Source of the DNA: Ilumatobacteraceae bacterium
GTDB taxonomy: Bacteria > Actinomycetota > Acidimicrobiia > Acidimicrobiales > Ilumatobacteraceae
Direction: 5' to 3'
Assembly (NCBI GenBank): GCA_963752815.1
Contig: CAVVZI010000001.1
Location: 20,709 to 84,708 of the forward strand
DNA length: 64,000 bases
In this document: positions 46,084-54,700 of the stretch, in pieces
How positions within the stretch are numbered: position 1 is the stretch's first letter
How the letters are laid out: each line of letters begins with the position of its first letter
Notes under the pieces: model-generated
The model's database searches: none
Told to the model about the DNA's origin: nothing
What the model saw: the letters and a program-made list of their open reading frames with translations, nothing else
Made by a program: the position numbers and the translations under genes

Positions 46084-46305
46084 TCAGGTGCCGGGGGTGC
46101 CCATGTCGACCTCGGAGCCGAGGCGGAGCGCGGTGGCGCGCCCGGCAGCATCGAGGTCGAAGATGACGCGTTGACCCTGCCGCAGCATGCGGAAGATCGA
46201 GCCGACGAGCGCGTCGGAGGCGAGTTCGTAGTCGGCGAAATCGGTGTCGCACATCACGAGTCCGACGCCGTTGGCCGGATCGTATGCCTTGATGACGCCC
46301 TGCAT
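46084..46305 (-). CDS. Small cold-shock-domain-like (OB fold) protein
   Basis: 73 aa. GVIKAYDPANGVGLVMCD...FRMLRQGQRVIFDLD resembles the CspA pattern GxVKWFxxxKGFGFI...L.EGQ.V.F. Confidence 0.5.
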   Translation of the reverse strand: MQGVIKAYDPANGVGLVMCDTDFADYELASDALVGSIFRMLRQGQRVIFDLDAAGRATALRLGSEVDMGTPGT

Positions 46306-46353
46306 CAGAAGGTCCGCATCACAAGGACCGCAGCATGATCGGACGGACCGGCG

Positions 46354-46545
46354 TCAGCCGGCCTTGACGACCTTGCCGGACTTGATGCAGCTGGTGCAGA
46401 CGTTGACGCGCTTGGTCGATCCGTTCATCAAGGCCCGCACACGCTGGATGTTCGGGTTCCAGCGGCGCTTCGTACGACGATGGGAGTGCGACACGGACAT
46501 GCCCCACGACGGGCCTTTGCCACACAGTTCACACTTGGAAGCCAT
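46354..46545 (-). CDS. rpmB: 50S ribosomal protein L28
   Basis: MASKCELCGKGPSWGMSVSHSHRRTKRRWNPNIQRVRA... An AGGAGA Shine-Dalgarno lies upstream. Confidence 0.95.
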   Translation of the reverse strand: MASKCELCGKGPSWGMSVSHSHRRTKRRWNPNIQRVRALMNGSTKRVNVCTSCIKSGKVVKAG

Positions 46546-46615
46546 TGAATTCTCCTGCAACACGCTGAAACGACCTCGCAATGCTACCAAGGCTCTCGGC
46601 AGAGCCCACCGTGAT

Positions 46616-46664
46616 GATTGGCTCCGCCGTAACGATTGGCTCGGCCGTAACGATTGGCTCGGCC
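46616..46664. repeat. 2.7 tandem copies of an 18-bp unit in the rpmB / DAK2 divergent intergenic region
   Basis: GATTGGCTC(C/G)GCCGTAAC occurs at 46616, 46634 and 46652 (the last copy partial). Confidence 0.85.
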
Positions 46665-46774
46665 TCACCCTGCGTCTCGTCACGACGATCGAGGTCGGCC
46701 GAGCGGCGCCTCGTCGGCGCGGCGAGACCGCGCGTCACCGAGCCAGTCGTGACCTCCCCGTAGGATGTTCGGCC

Positions 46775-48496
46775 GTGCCCACCTTGGAACGGTTGAACAC
46801 CGAAGCGTTGCGCGACATGGTGCGAACGTTCCGCGACGCGGTGCGCGCCCATGCGCCTGCGCTCAACCGGCTCAACGTCTATCCCGTTCCCGACGGCGAC
46901 ACCGGCACGAACATGGCACGGACGCTCGACGCGGTGGTCGACGAGATGGACGGCGTCGACGCCGACGACCTCGCGGCCATCTGTGATGCGATCAGCCACG
47001 GTTCGTTGATGGGGGCGCGCGGCAACAGCGGTGTGATCCTGAGCCAGATCCTGCGCGGCTTCGCCTCCACGGTGAAGGCGCAGGGCGCGGCCGGTTTGGA
47101 CGAGGACGCACGGGGGGCGGCGTTCGCCGAGGCGCTCCAAGCCGCGTCCACGGGCGCCTATCAGGCGGTGTTGAAGCCGATCGAGGGAACGATCCTCACC
47201 GTCGTGCGCGAGAGCGCCGGCGCGGCCACGGCGGCCGCCGACGAGGGTCGGTCGCTCGTCGAGGTCGTCCGCGCCGCCCGCGACGCCGGCAAGTGGGCAC
47301 TCGACCGCACGCCCGAACAGCTCCCGGTGTTGAAGGAAGCGGGTGTCGTCGACGCCGGCGGTGCCGGTTTCCTGCTGTTGCTCGACGCCGCGCTGCACGT
47401 GGTGGCCGGCGAACCGATCCCCGAAGCCGACGAGCGCGACGAGTACGGAGTTGTCGGCGAGGCCTTCGCGGCGATCGCGCACCGCCATGCGGAGCACGGG
47501 ACGCTCGACGTCAGCGAGCAGCGCTACGAGGTGATGTACTTCCTCGACCTGGCCGACGAGCGGATCGACGAGTTCAAGTCCGGCTGGGGATCGATCGGCG
47601 ACTCGATCGTCGTCGTGGGCGGCGACGGTCTCTGGAACTGTCACGTGCACACGAACGACGTGGGTGCCGCCATCGAGGTCGCGCTCGACCTCGATGGGCG
47701 ACCGCGCACGATCAGGGTGACCGATCTGTTCGACGAGGTCGACGAGGAACACGCCAAGCGCGAGGCCGCGATGGCGGGCGGGGCCGGCGCCCCGACTGTG
47801 GCCCGGGCCCCGCGCGCCGGCGGCGGTCTGCCGCCCGTCACCACGGCGATCGTCGCGGTGTGCAGCGGCGACGGACTCGTCGAACTGTTCGCCCAGCTCG
47901 GGGTGCAGGGCGTGGTCACCGGCGGCCAGACGATGAACCCGTCGACCGCCGAACTCCTGGCGACCGTCGAGCGGGTGAATGCCGACCAGGTCGTGATCCT
48001 GCCGAACAACAAGAACATCATCCCGGTCGCCGAACAGGTCGACGCGCTCACCACGAAGCACGTGCGGGTCGTGCCGACCCGGTCGATGCCCGAGGCGCTG
48101 GCCGCGCTCGTCGTGTACGACCCGGAGGCCGACGGTGACGAGAACGCGACCGAGATGATCGAGGCCGCCGACTCCGTCGTCACGGGCGAGATCACACAGG
48201 CGGTGCGCGACACGACGACCTCGATCGGCGCGATCACCGAAGGTGACTGGATCGGTCTGAACCGGAGCGAGGGGATCGTCGCGAAAGGCGACACCGTGGT
48301 GGACGCGGCGATCGGACTGCTCGAAGCGATCATCGACGACGATGCGGAGCTGATCACCATCATCACGGGCCTCGACGCCGACGCCAGCTCGACGGCGTCG
48401 ATCGAAGGATGGCTCGCCGACCACCACGGCAGCGTGGCGCGGGAGGTGCAGTACGGCGGTCAGCCGCTGTACCCGTACCTGTTCGGCGTGGAGTGA
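46775..48496 (+). CDS. DAK2 domain-containing protein (YloV-like)
   Basis: LNVYPVPDGDTGTNM and GARGNSGVILSQ. The usual position upstream of recG. The start is GTG 46775. Confidence 0.85.
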   Translation: MPTLERLNTEALRDMVRTFRDAVRAHAPALNRLNVYPVPDGDTGTNMARTLDAVVDEMDGVDADDLAAICDAISHGSLMGARGNSGVILSQILRGFASTVKAQGAAGLDEDARGAAFAEALQAASTGAYQAVLKPIEGTILTVVRESAGAATAAADEGRSLVEVVRAARDAGKWALDRTPEQLPVLKEAGVVDAGGAGFLLLLDAALHVVAGEPIPEADERDEYGVVGEAFAAIAHRHAEHGTLDVSEQRYEVMYFLDLADERIDEFKSGWGSIGDSIVVVGGDGLWNCHVHTNDVGAAIEVALDLDGRPRTIRVTDLFDEVDEEHAKREAAMAGGAGAPTVARAPRAGGGLPPVTTAIVAVCSGDGLVELFAQLGVQGVVTGGQTMNPSTAELLATVERVNADQVVILPNNKNIIPVAEQVDALTTKHVRVVPTRSMPEALAALVVYDPEADGDENATEMIEAADSVVTGEITQAVRDTTTSIGAITEGDWIGLNRSEGIVAKGDTVVDAAIGLLEAIIDDDAELITIITGLDADASSTASIEGWLADHHGSVAREVQYGGQPLYPYLFGVE

Positions 48497-50640
48497 GCGG
48501 CGGCGTGCCTCCGATCACGCTGCGCGAAATCGCCGACATCCCGGTCGAACGGCTGAAGGGCGTGGGCGACAAGAAGCAGGCGTCGCTGGCCGGCGTCGGC
48601 ATCCACACCGTGCTCGACCTCGTCACGACCTATCCACGGCGGTGGGTCGACCGGACGAACGAGGCGCGCATCGCCGACCTCGTACCCGGCGAGGAGGCGC
48701 TCGTGCTCGTCACCGTGCGGTCGGTCAACAAGCGGATGACGAGGAACCGTCGTTCGATGGTCAACGTGGCGGTCGGCGACGGGTCGGGCCGGATGGATGT
48801 CGTGTTCTTCAATCAGCCGTGGCGGGAACGCCAGCTGAAGGAGGGCCTCCAGATCGCCCTGTTCGGCAAGGCCGACACGTACCGGGGCGGGTTGCAGATG
48901 TCGAATCCCGTCGTCGACCTGATCGGCGATCGCACCGGCCGGATCGTGCCGATCTATCCGCAGAGCGAGAAGGCCCAGATCGCCACCTGGGAGATGGCGG
49001 GATGGGTCGAGGAGGCGTTGCGCCGCTGCGCGGAGCGCGGCATCGCCGACCCGGTGCCCGTGCCGGTGCGCCAGCGCCTCGCCCTCGTCGATCGTGGGGC
49101 GGCGCTGCGCTCCATCCACGCGCCGGACTCGATGCGGGAGAAGGAGATGGCGCGCCGCCGGCTCGCGTTCGACGAACTGCTGCGGGTGCAACTCGTGCTC
49201 GTGCTCCGCAAGCGCGAACTCGAGCGCTCGTCCAAAGGCCTCGTGCACACCGTCGACGGCGAGCTGGTGCGGCGCTTCCACGATGCGCTGCCCTACCCGC
49301 TCACGGGAGCGCAGCAGCGCGTCATCGCCGAGATCGACCGCGACCTCGCCTCACCGCACCCGATGCACCGGCTGTTGCAGGGTGACGTCGGTTCCGGCAA
49401 GACGGTCGTCGCGCTGTCGATGCTGCTCGCCGCCGTGCAGGGCGGTCACCAGGGTGCGCTGATGGCGCCGACCGAGGTGCTCGCCGAGCAGCACGCCACC
49501 GGGGTGCGGGCGCTGATCGGCGACCTGAAAGTTCCCGACCCGGGCAACCTGTTCGGCGACCGACCGCTGCGGGTCGAGCTGCTCACCAACCGCGTCACCG
49601 GCGCGGCCCGCAAGGAGATCCTGTCCGGGCTCGCCGACGGCTCGGTCGACATCGCCATCGGCACCCACGCGCTCATCCAGGAGAAGGTGGATTTCCGGGC
49701 GCTGGGAGCGGTCGTCGTGGACGAACAGCACCGGTTCGGTGTCGAGCAGCGGGCGGCGTTGCGGGAGAAGTCCGACCAGCACGTGCCCGACGTGTTGGTG
49801 ATGACGGCGACGCCGATTCCGCGGACCGCGGCGATGACCGTGTACGGCGACCTCGACGTGAGCGTGCTCGACGAGATGCCGCCGGGCCGCACGCCGATCG
49901 TGACGCGGTGGGCGGAGGGACCGCTGCTCGAGGTCGAGGTGTGGGCCGACGTCCGCGCCGAGGTCGCCGACGGCCGCCAGGCGTACGTGGTGTGTCCGTT
50001 GATCGACGAGAGCGAGAAGCTCGAAGTGGCCTCGGCGGAGGAGACGTTCGTCCGTCTGTCGACCCAGGAGCTGTCCGGTCTGCGGCTCGGGCTGTTGCAC
50101 GGGCGACTTTCGCCGGCGGAGAAGCAGGAGACGATGGACCGCTTCCGTAGCGGTCAGCTCGATGTGCTCGTGGCGACGACGGTGATCGAGGTCGGCGTCG
50201 ACGTCCCGAACGCCACGGTCATGGTGATCCTCGACGCGGACCGCTTCGGGATCGCCCAGCTGCACCAGCTCCGTGGGCGCGTCGGTCGCGGCGAGCACCC
50301 CTCGACGTGCTGGCTCGTCACGCAGCAGAGCGACGATCCGGACGCTCCGGCGTCGAACCCGCGGGTCGAAGCGCTGGTGGCGTCGACCGACGGTTTCGCC
50401 CTGGCCGAGGTCGACCTCGACCTGCGCGGCGAGGGCACGTTGATGTCGACCGCCCAGAAGGGACGCAACGACCTGAAACTGGCGTCGCTGCGGCGCGATC
50501 GGGAACTCGTCAGACTGGCCCGGGAGGCGGCGTTCGAGATCGTCGATGCCGACCCGTCCCTCGCCGACAGCCCATTGCTCGCCGACGAGCTCGACCTCCT
50601 CCTCAGCGCCGACGACGAAGCCTTCCTCGCCAAGAGCTGA
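48493..50640 (+). CDS. recG: ATP-dependent DNA helicase RecG
   Basis: Wedge/OB domain, GDVGSGKT, DEQHRFG, and helicase C motifs (TTVIEVGVDVPNA, QLRGRVGRG). The GTG at 48493 overlaps the DAK2 stop. Confidence 0.95.
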   Translation: MSGGVPPITLREIADIPVERLKGVGDKKQASLAGVGIHTVLDLVTTYPRRWVDRTNEARIADLVPGEEALVLVTVRSVNKRMTRNRRSMVNVAVGDGSGRMDVVFFNQPWRERQLKEGLQIALFGKADTYRGGLQMSNPVVDLIGDRTGRIVPIYPQSEKAQIATWEMAGWVEEALRRCAERGIADPVPVPVRQRLALVDRGAALRSIHAPDSMREKEMARRRLAFDELLRVQLVLVLRKRELERSSKGLVHTVDGELVRRFHDALPYPLTGAQQRVIAEIDRDLASPHPMHRLLQGDVGSGKTVVALSMLLAAVQGGHQGALMAPTEVLAEQHATGVRALIGDLKVPDPGNLFGDRPLRVELLTNRVTGAARKEILSGLADGSVDIAIGTHALIQEKVDFRALGAVVVDEQHRFGVEQRAALREKSDQHVPDVLVMTATPIPRTAAMTVYGDLDVSVLDEMPPGRTPIVTRWAEGPLLEVEVWADVRAEVADGRQAYVVCPLIDESEKLEVASAEETFVRLSTQELSGLRLGLLHGRLSPAEKQETMDRFRSGQLDVLVATTVIEVGVDVPNATVMVILDADRFGIAQLHQLRGRVGRGEHPSTCWLVTQQSDDPDAPASNPRVEALVASTDGFALAEVDLDLRGEGTLMSTAQKGRNDLKLASLRRDRELVRLAREAAFEIVDADPSLADSPLLADELDLLLSADDEAFLAKS

Positions 50641-50650
50641 CGGCCCCCCG

Positions 50651-50734
50651 TGCTCAATCCACGTTTGCTCAATCCACGTTTGCGTCGGGATTTCTGAGGA
50701 CCGGGTCTCCGAAATCTTGACGCAAACGTGGATT
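50651..50734 (+). repeat. REP/MITE-like palindromic element, copy C, with a 15-bp tandem duplication of its left flank
   Basis: Arms 50671-50694 and 50711-50734 form 24 bp including 2 G-U pairs on the top strand. TGCTCAATCCACGTT is repeated at 50651 and 50666. Confidence 0.85.
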
Positions 50735-50741
50735 GTCGGGG

Positions 50742-50960
50742 CTACCAGCTGGAGGAGCGGTCGGGGGTCGGGTCGTCGCCGCGGCCGGCTTCGTCGTCGT
50801 CGTCCTCGGTGAGGACGATGTCCCAGCGGTCGAGGCAGTCCTCGCAGCGGTAGGCGACGATCTCGCCTTCCTCCCACAGCCCGTCCTCGGGCTCGGCGGT
50901 CAGCAGGAAGCACCGTCCACCGCAGTCGACGCACACGATCTGGGGTGACGGACGGATCAT
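50742..50960 (-). CDS. Small zinc-ribbon-like protein (72 aa) with an acidic tail
   Basis: CVDCGG...YRCEDC gives two CxxC pairs. The C-terminus is DDDDE-rich. Confidence 0.5.
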   Translation of the reverse strand: MIRPSPQIVCVDCGGRCFLLTAEPEDGLWEEGEIVAYRCEDCLDRWDIVLTEDDDDEAGRGDDPTPDRSSSW

Positions 50961-51002
50961 GCCAACAGTCTGCCCCGTCGTCGTTGTGCCCATAGCCTCG
51001 CT

Positions 51003-51527
51003 GTGATGCGCGTGGTGGCTGGAGAACTCGGTGGACGCCGATTGGTGAGTCCGGACGGCACGAACACGCGCCCGACGACGGATCGGGTCCGCGAGGCGAT
51101 CTTCAACTCGCTCGGCAGCGCCGGTCTGATCGAGGGCGCGCTCGTGGCCGATCTCTACGCCGGCAGCGGCGCCCTCGGCATCGAGGCGCTGTCCCGCGGC
51201 GCCGAGCACTGCACGTTCGTCGAGCGTGACCGCACCGCCTTGCGGGCGTTGGAGGCCAACCTCGACGCGCTCGATCTGCGGTCACGGAGCAAGGTCATCG
51301 CGTTCGACGTGTTCTCGGTCGCCAAGTCGATCGACGCCGACATCGCCTTCGCCGACCCTCCGTACGAGTTCGAGGAGTGGCCGAGGCTCCTCGAACTCCT
51401 CACCGTCGATGTGCTGATCGCCGAGTCCGGCCGCGCCATCGAGCCGGCCGACGGTTGGGAGCAGCTGCGGACCAAGCGGTACGGCCGCGCCACGGTGACG
51501 CACCTCGAGCGCTCACACGATCAGTGA
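51003..51527 (+). CDS. rsmD: 16S rRNA (guanine966-N2)-methyltransferase RsmD
   Basis: TRPTTDRVREAIFN, LDLYAGSGALGIEALSRGA-like motif and DPPY. Confidence 0.9.
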   Translation: MMRVVAGELGGRRLVSPDGTNTRPTTDRVREAIFNSLGSAGLIEGALVADLYAGSGALGIEALSRGAEHCTFVERDRTALRALEANLDALDLRSRSKVIAFDVFSVAKSIDADIAFADPPYEFEEWPRLLELLTVDVLIAESGRAIEPADGWEQLRTKRYGRATVTHLERSHDQ

Positions 51528-51845
51528 TGGTCCGGGCTCGACGGAGCCGGCGGTGTCGAGATGAGGTCGTATTCCGGGTTGAGGATGGCGCGCAGGCCGT
51601 GGTGGTCGCTGGCGACGCCCTTGACACTCAGGATCGTGCCGAGCCGGATGCCGGCGATCTCCTGACGGCCGAAGAAGACGATCGTGATGCTGCCGGTCTC
51701 GTCGGCCAGTGAGCACTCCATCGCCGGATTCCCGCCCCAGGGTTGAATCCGGATGGCCCGGATCCGTCCGGCGACGGTCGATCCGCTGCCGCGGGACGAT
51801 CTCGGCGATCTTCGTCCGGTCGGTCGGAAGGTTCGCGGTCGACAC
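51521..51845 (-). pseudogene. OB-fold nucleic-acid-binding domain protein, frame broken by one extra base as sequenced
   Basis: The N-part (GTG 51845) is VSTANLPTDRTKIAEIVPRQRI. It continues in the next frame as TVAGRIRAIRIQPWGGNPAMECSLADETGSITIVFFGRQEIAGIRLGTIL. The junction is at about 51779. Length is 325 nt = 3n+1. Confidence 0.65.
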
Positions 51846-53808
51846 GTTCGACGATGCCGGGCCCGTCTTCGGTTCGATGAACAGCGGACGTGGCGTCGTG
51901 CGCCTGGATCGCCGCGGCAGGGGCGGCGTCAGCGGAATGGCGGCTGCCGAGTTGATACGGCACGATCGTCACGTTGCAGTGCGGAACCTCGTCGACCGCG
52001 GCGGCGATCGCGTTCGACGACCGGTCGTGCAGGAGGCGGTGCCAGAGCTTCGTGTACTCGCGTCGCGGCACCAGCACCGTGAGTTGGGTGTCGTGGTCGG
52101 ACGTGATGTCCGTGGCCAGTTCGAGCACGGCCCGGGGAACACGGCGGTCGGGGCACTCGATGATGTCGAGCGGCAAGGACGACAGCCCGAGGTCGCGCCA
52201 TGACTGCACGAGCAGGCTCGTCTTCCACGGATCGAGATCGAAGTGGACGGCGCGCAGGTCCCGTGCGGTCAACGTCCGTGCGTACTGCAGCGCCCGGGCG
52301 GCGGCGGCATCGAGCCCGTCGACGAGCACGACGACGGAGTGGACGCGCAGGGTGCGCATCTGGGCGATCGCCTGCGCATCCTCGAGCAGTTCGACCGACT
52401 CGGCCTCGTACGCCTTGTTGAGGCGGACCAGGCCGACGACCATGATCGGCACGAGCAGCATGACGACCCAGGCCCCTTCGGCGAACTTCATGCTGGCGAC
52501 GATGATCAGCACGATGAACGACAGCACGGCGCCGATCCCGTTGATCCAGGCGCCCACCCGCCAGCCGTCCTCCTGCAGCCGGAAGTGGTGCTTCGTCATT
52601 CCGGCCTGGGACAACGTGAAGCTGGTGAACACGCCGATCGCGTAGAGCGGGATCAGCCGGCTCACCTCGGCCTGAGTCGCGAGCAGCGTGACGATGGCGG
52701 CGCCGGACAGGAAGATGATGCCGTTGGAGAACACCAGGCGGTGGCCGCGGACCATGAACTGGCGTGGCATGAAGTTGTCGCCGGCATGGAACGACGCGAG
52801 CCGGGGGAAGTCGGCGAAGCTGGTGTTGGCGGCCAGGACGAGGATCAGCATCGTGCCTGCCTGCAGCGCCAGGAACATGGCGTGCCCGGCGAGCGTCTGG
52901 CCGAACACCAACTTGCCGACCTGCGAGATGACCGTCGGAGTGCCGCCCTCGTACGGCGTGGCGTGGACTCGGGACGCGAGGAACGACAGGCCGAGGAACA
53001 TGACGCCCAACAGGGCGCCCATGTAGACCAGGGTGTCGCGGGCGTTCTTCCACGCCGGCGGGCGGAAGGCGGGCACACCGTTGCTGATCGCCTCGACGCC
53101 GGTCACGGCTGCACCTCCGGAGGCGAAGGCCTTCAGGAAGATCAGCAGGCCGGCGCCCATGAAGATCGCGCTCGACGGACTCTGCGTCTGCACGAGCATG
53201 CCGTCGATGTTGCTCGGTTGGACGGGCAGGGTGCCGGTGAAGAATCGGATGGTGCCGGTGACGAGGAGCACCCCCATCACGACGACGAAGAAGTAGGTCG
53301 GCGCGGCGAAGAGGCGGCCGGACTCCTTGGTGCCGCGCAGGTTGCCGAACGCGATCAGACAGACGAAGAAGATCGAGATCCACATCTTGTTCGGGGCCAG
53401 GGCGGGAAAGGCCGACGCCAACGCGGCGCTGCCGGCGGCGGTGCTCACGGCGACCGTGAGGATGTAGTCGATGAGCAACGCGACGCCGGCCACCTGGGCC
53501 GGCAGCAGGCCGAAGTTGTCGCGGGTGACGATGTAGGCGCCGCCCGCCGACGGGTAGGCCTTGATCGTCTGGCGGTACGAGAGGATGAGGAATCCGAGGA
53601 CGACGAGGAGCAGCATCGTGATCGGCGTGACGAGCGAGAACGCGGCCAGTCCGATGACCGGCACGAGCACCACGAGGATCTCCTCGGATGCGTACGCGCA
53701 CGACGAGATGCAGTCCGATGCGAACACGGCGAGCGCCGTGGGCTTGCCGAGTGTCTCGTGCTCCAACCGCTCGCTGTGCAACGGCGGACCGAGCAGCTTC
53801 GTCTTCAT
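51628..53808 (-). CDS. APC-family amino acid/cation permease with a cytoplasmic C-terminal domain; the 3' end is probably artefactually extended
   Basis: KTKLLGPPLHSERLEHETLGKPTALAVFASDCISSCAYASEEIL, then about 12 TM segments and a roughly 200-aa soluble domain ending ...NVTIVPYQL. The remaining Arg/Ser/Pro tail overlaps the OB-fold gene by 218 nt. Alternative starts are GTG 53844 and 53841. Confidence 0.7.
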   Translation of the reverse strand: MKTKLLGPPLHSERLEHETLGKPTALAVFASDCISSCAYASEEILVVLVPVIGLAAFSLVTPITMLLLVVLGFLILSYRQTIKAYPSAGGAYIVTRDNFGLLPAQVAGVALLIDYILTVAVSTAAGSAALASAFPALAPNKMWISIFFVCLIAFGNLRGTKESGRLFAAPTYFFVVVMGVLLVTGTIRFFTGTLPVQPSNIDGMLVQTQSPSSAIFMGAGLLIFLKAFASGGAAVTGVEAISNGVPAFRPPAWKNARDTLVYMGALLGVMFLGLSFLASRVHATPYEGGTPTVISQVGKLVFGQTLAGHAMFLALQAGTMLILVLAANTSFADFPRLASFHAGDNFMPRQFMVRGHRLVFSNGIIFLSGAAIVTLLATQAEVSRLIPLYAIGVFTSFTLSQAGMTKHHFRLQEDGWRVGAWINGIGAVLSFIVLIIVASMKFAEGAWVVMLLVPIMVVGLVRLNKAYEAESVELLEDAQAIAQMRTLRVHSVVVLVDGLDAAAARALQYARTLTARDLRAVHFDLDPWKTSLLVQSWRDLGLSSLPLDIIECPDRRVPRAVLELATDITSDHDTQLTVLVPRREYTKLWHRLLHDRSSNAIAAAVDEVPHCNVTIVPYQLGSRHSADAAPAAAIQAHDATSAVHRTEDGPGIVERVDREPSDRPDEDRRDRPAAADRPSPDGSGPSGFNPGAGIRRWSAHWPTRPAASRSSSSAVRRSPASGSARS

Positions 53809-54022
53809 CCGGTAGGTGAACGGCTCCGGGATGTCGGGCACCACGGCGGCCGCCGCCGACTTCTTCCTGCCCGACCGCCGCGGAGCGGTTGGAGGGCTGG
53901 ACGGGGGAGGAGTCGTGGTGATCGTGTCGTCTTCGAGGAGCACAATTCCACTCAACACCCGGACCGTCGCGGTGGCCGTCTGGAGGCCGACAAGATCCGG
54001 CCGGGGCGCGCTGAAGAACGCG

Positions 54023-54700
54023 TCAAGACGCCTCGAATCGGTACCCGACACCCGGATCGGTGAGGAAGTACCGGGGTTGTCCCGGGGTCGGTTCGAGCTT
54101 CCGGCGGATCGCCGCCATGTGGACCCGCAGGTAGTTCGTCTCGTTCTCGTACTGCGGACCCCACACCCGCTGGAGAAGTTGTCGCTGCGTGACCAACCGG
54201 CCCGGATGGCGGACGAGGTATTCGACGATCGACCATTCGGTCGGCGTCAGGTGCACGGCGGCTCCGTTGCGCGTGACCCGTCGCGAGACGAAATCGACGA
54301 CGAAGTCGCTCGTCTCGACGATCGGATCGTCGGCGACGGGCTGGTGGCGGCGCAACGATGCTCGGACCCGAGCGAGGAGCTCGGTGATGCTGAACGGCTT
54401 CGTGACGTAGTCGTCGGCGCCGGCGTCGAGCGCGGCGACCTTGCTCGTGTCGCCCTCCCGCGCCGACACGACGATGATCGGCACCGTCGTCCATCCGCGC
54501 AGCCCGCGGATCACATCGATGCCGTCGAGACCGGGGAGCCCCAGATCGACGATCACGAGATCGGGTGTGGCCGCGGCGGCGCTCGTCAACGCCGCCTCAC
54601 CGGTCGCCGCCATCACCACCTCGTAGCCGTGGGCGCGCAGGTTGATGTCCAACGCCCTGACGATCTGGACGTCGTCGTCGACGACGAGTATCCGGGTCAT
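54023..54700 (-). CDS. kdpE: OmpR-family response regulator KdpE
   Basis: Receiver domain (LVVDDD...DLGLPGLDG...KPF) plus a winged-helix domain. The ATG overlaps the kdpD stop (ATGA). Confidence 0.85.
   Translation of the reverse strand: MTRILVVDDDVQIVRALDINLRAHGYEVVMAATGEAALTSAAAATPDLVIVDLGLPGLDGIDVIRGLRGWTTVPIIVVSAREGDTSKVAALDAGADDYVTKPFSITELLARVRASLRRHQPVADDPIVETSDFVVDFVSRRVTRNGAAVHLTPTEWSIVEYLVRHPGRLVTQRQLLQRVWGPQYENETNYLRVHMAAIRRKLEPTPGQPRYFLTDPGVGYRFEAS

Noticed and set aside
53809-54022. c-di-AMP (ydaO-type) riboswitch or KdpE box upstream of the permease
   Set aside because: I could not recognise the conserved ydaO words or clear direct repeats by eye. This is left as a check rather than a call.
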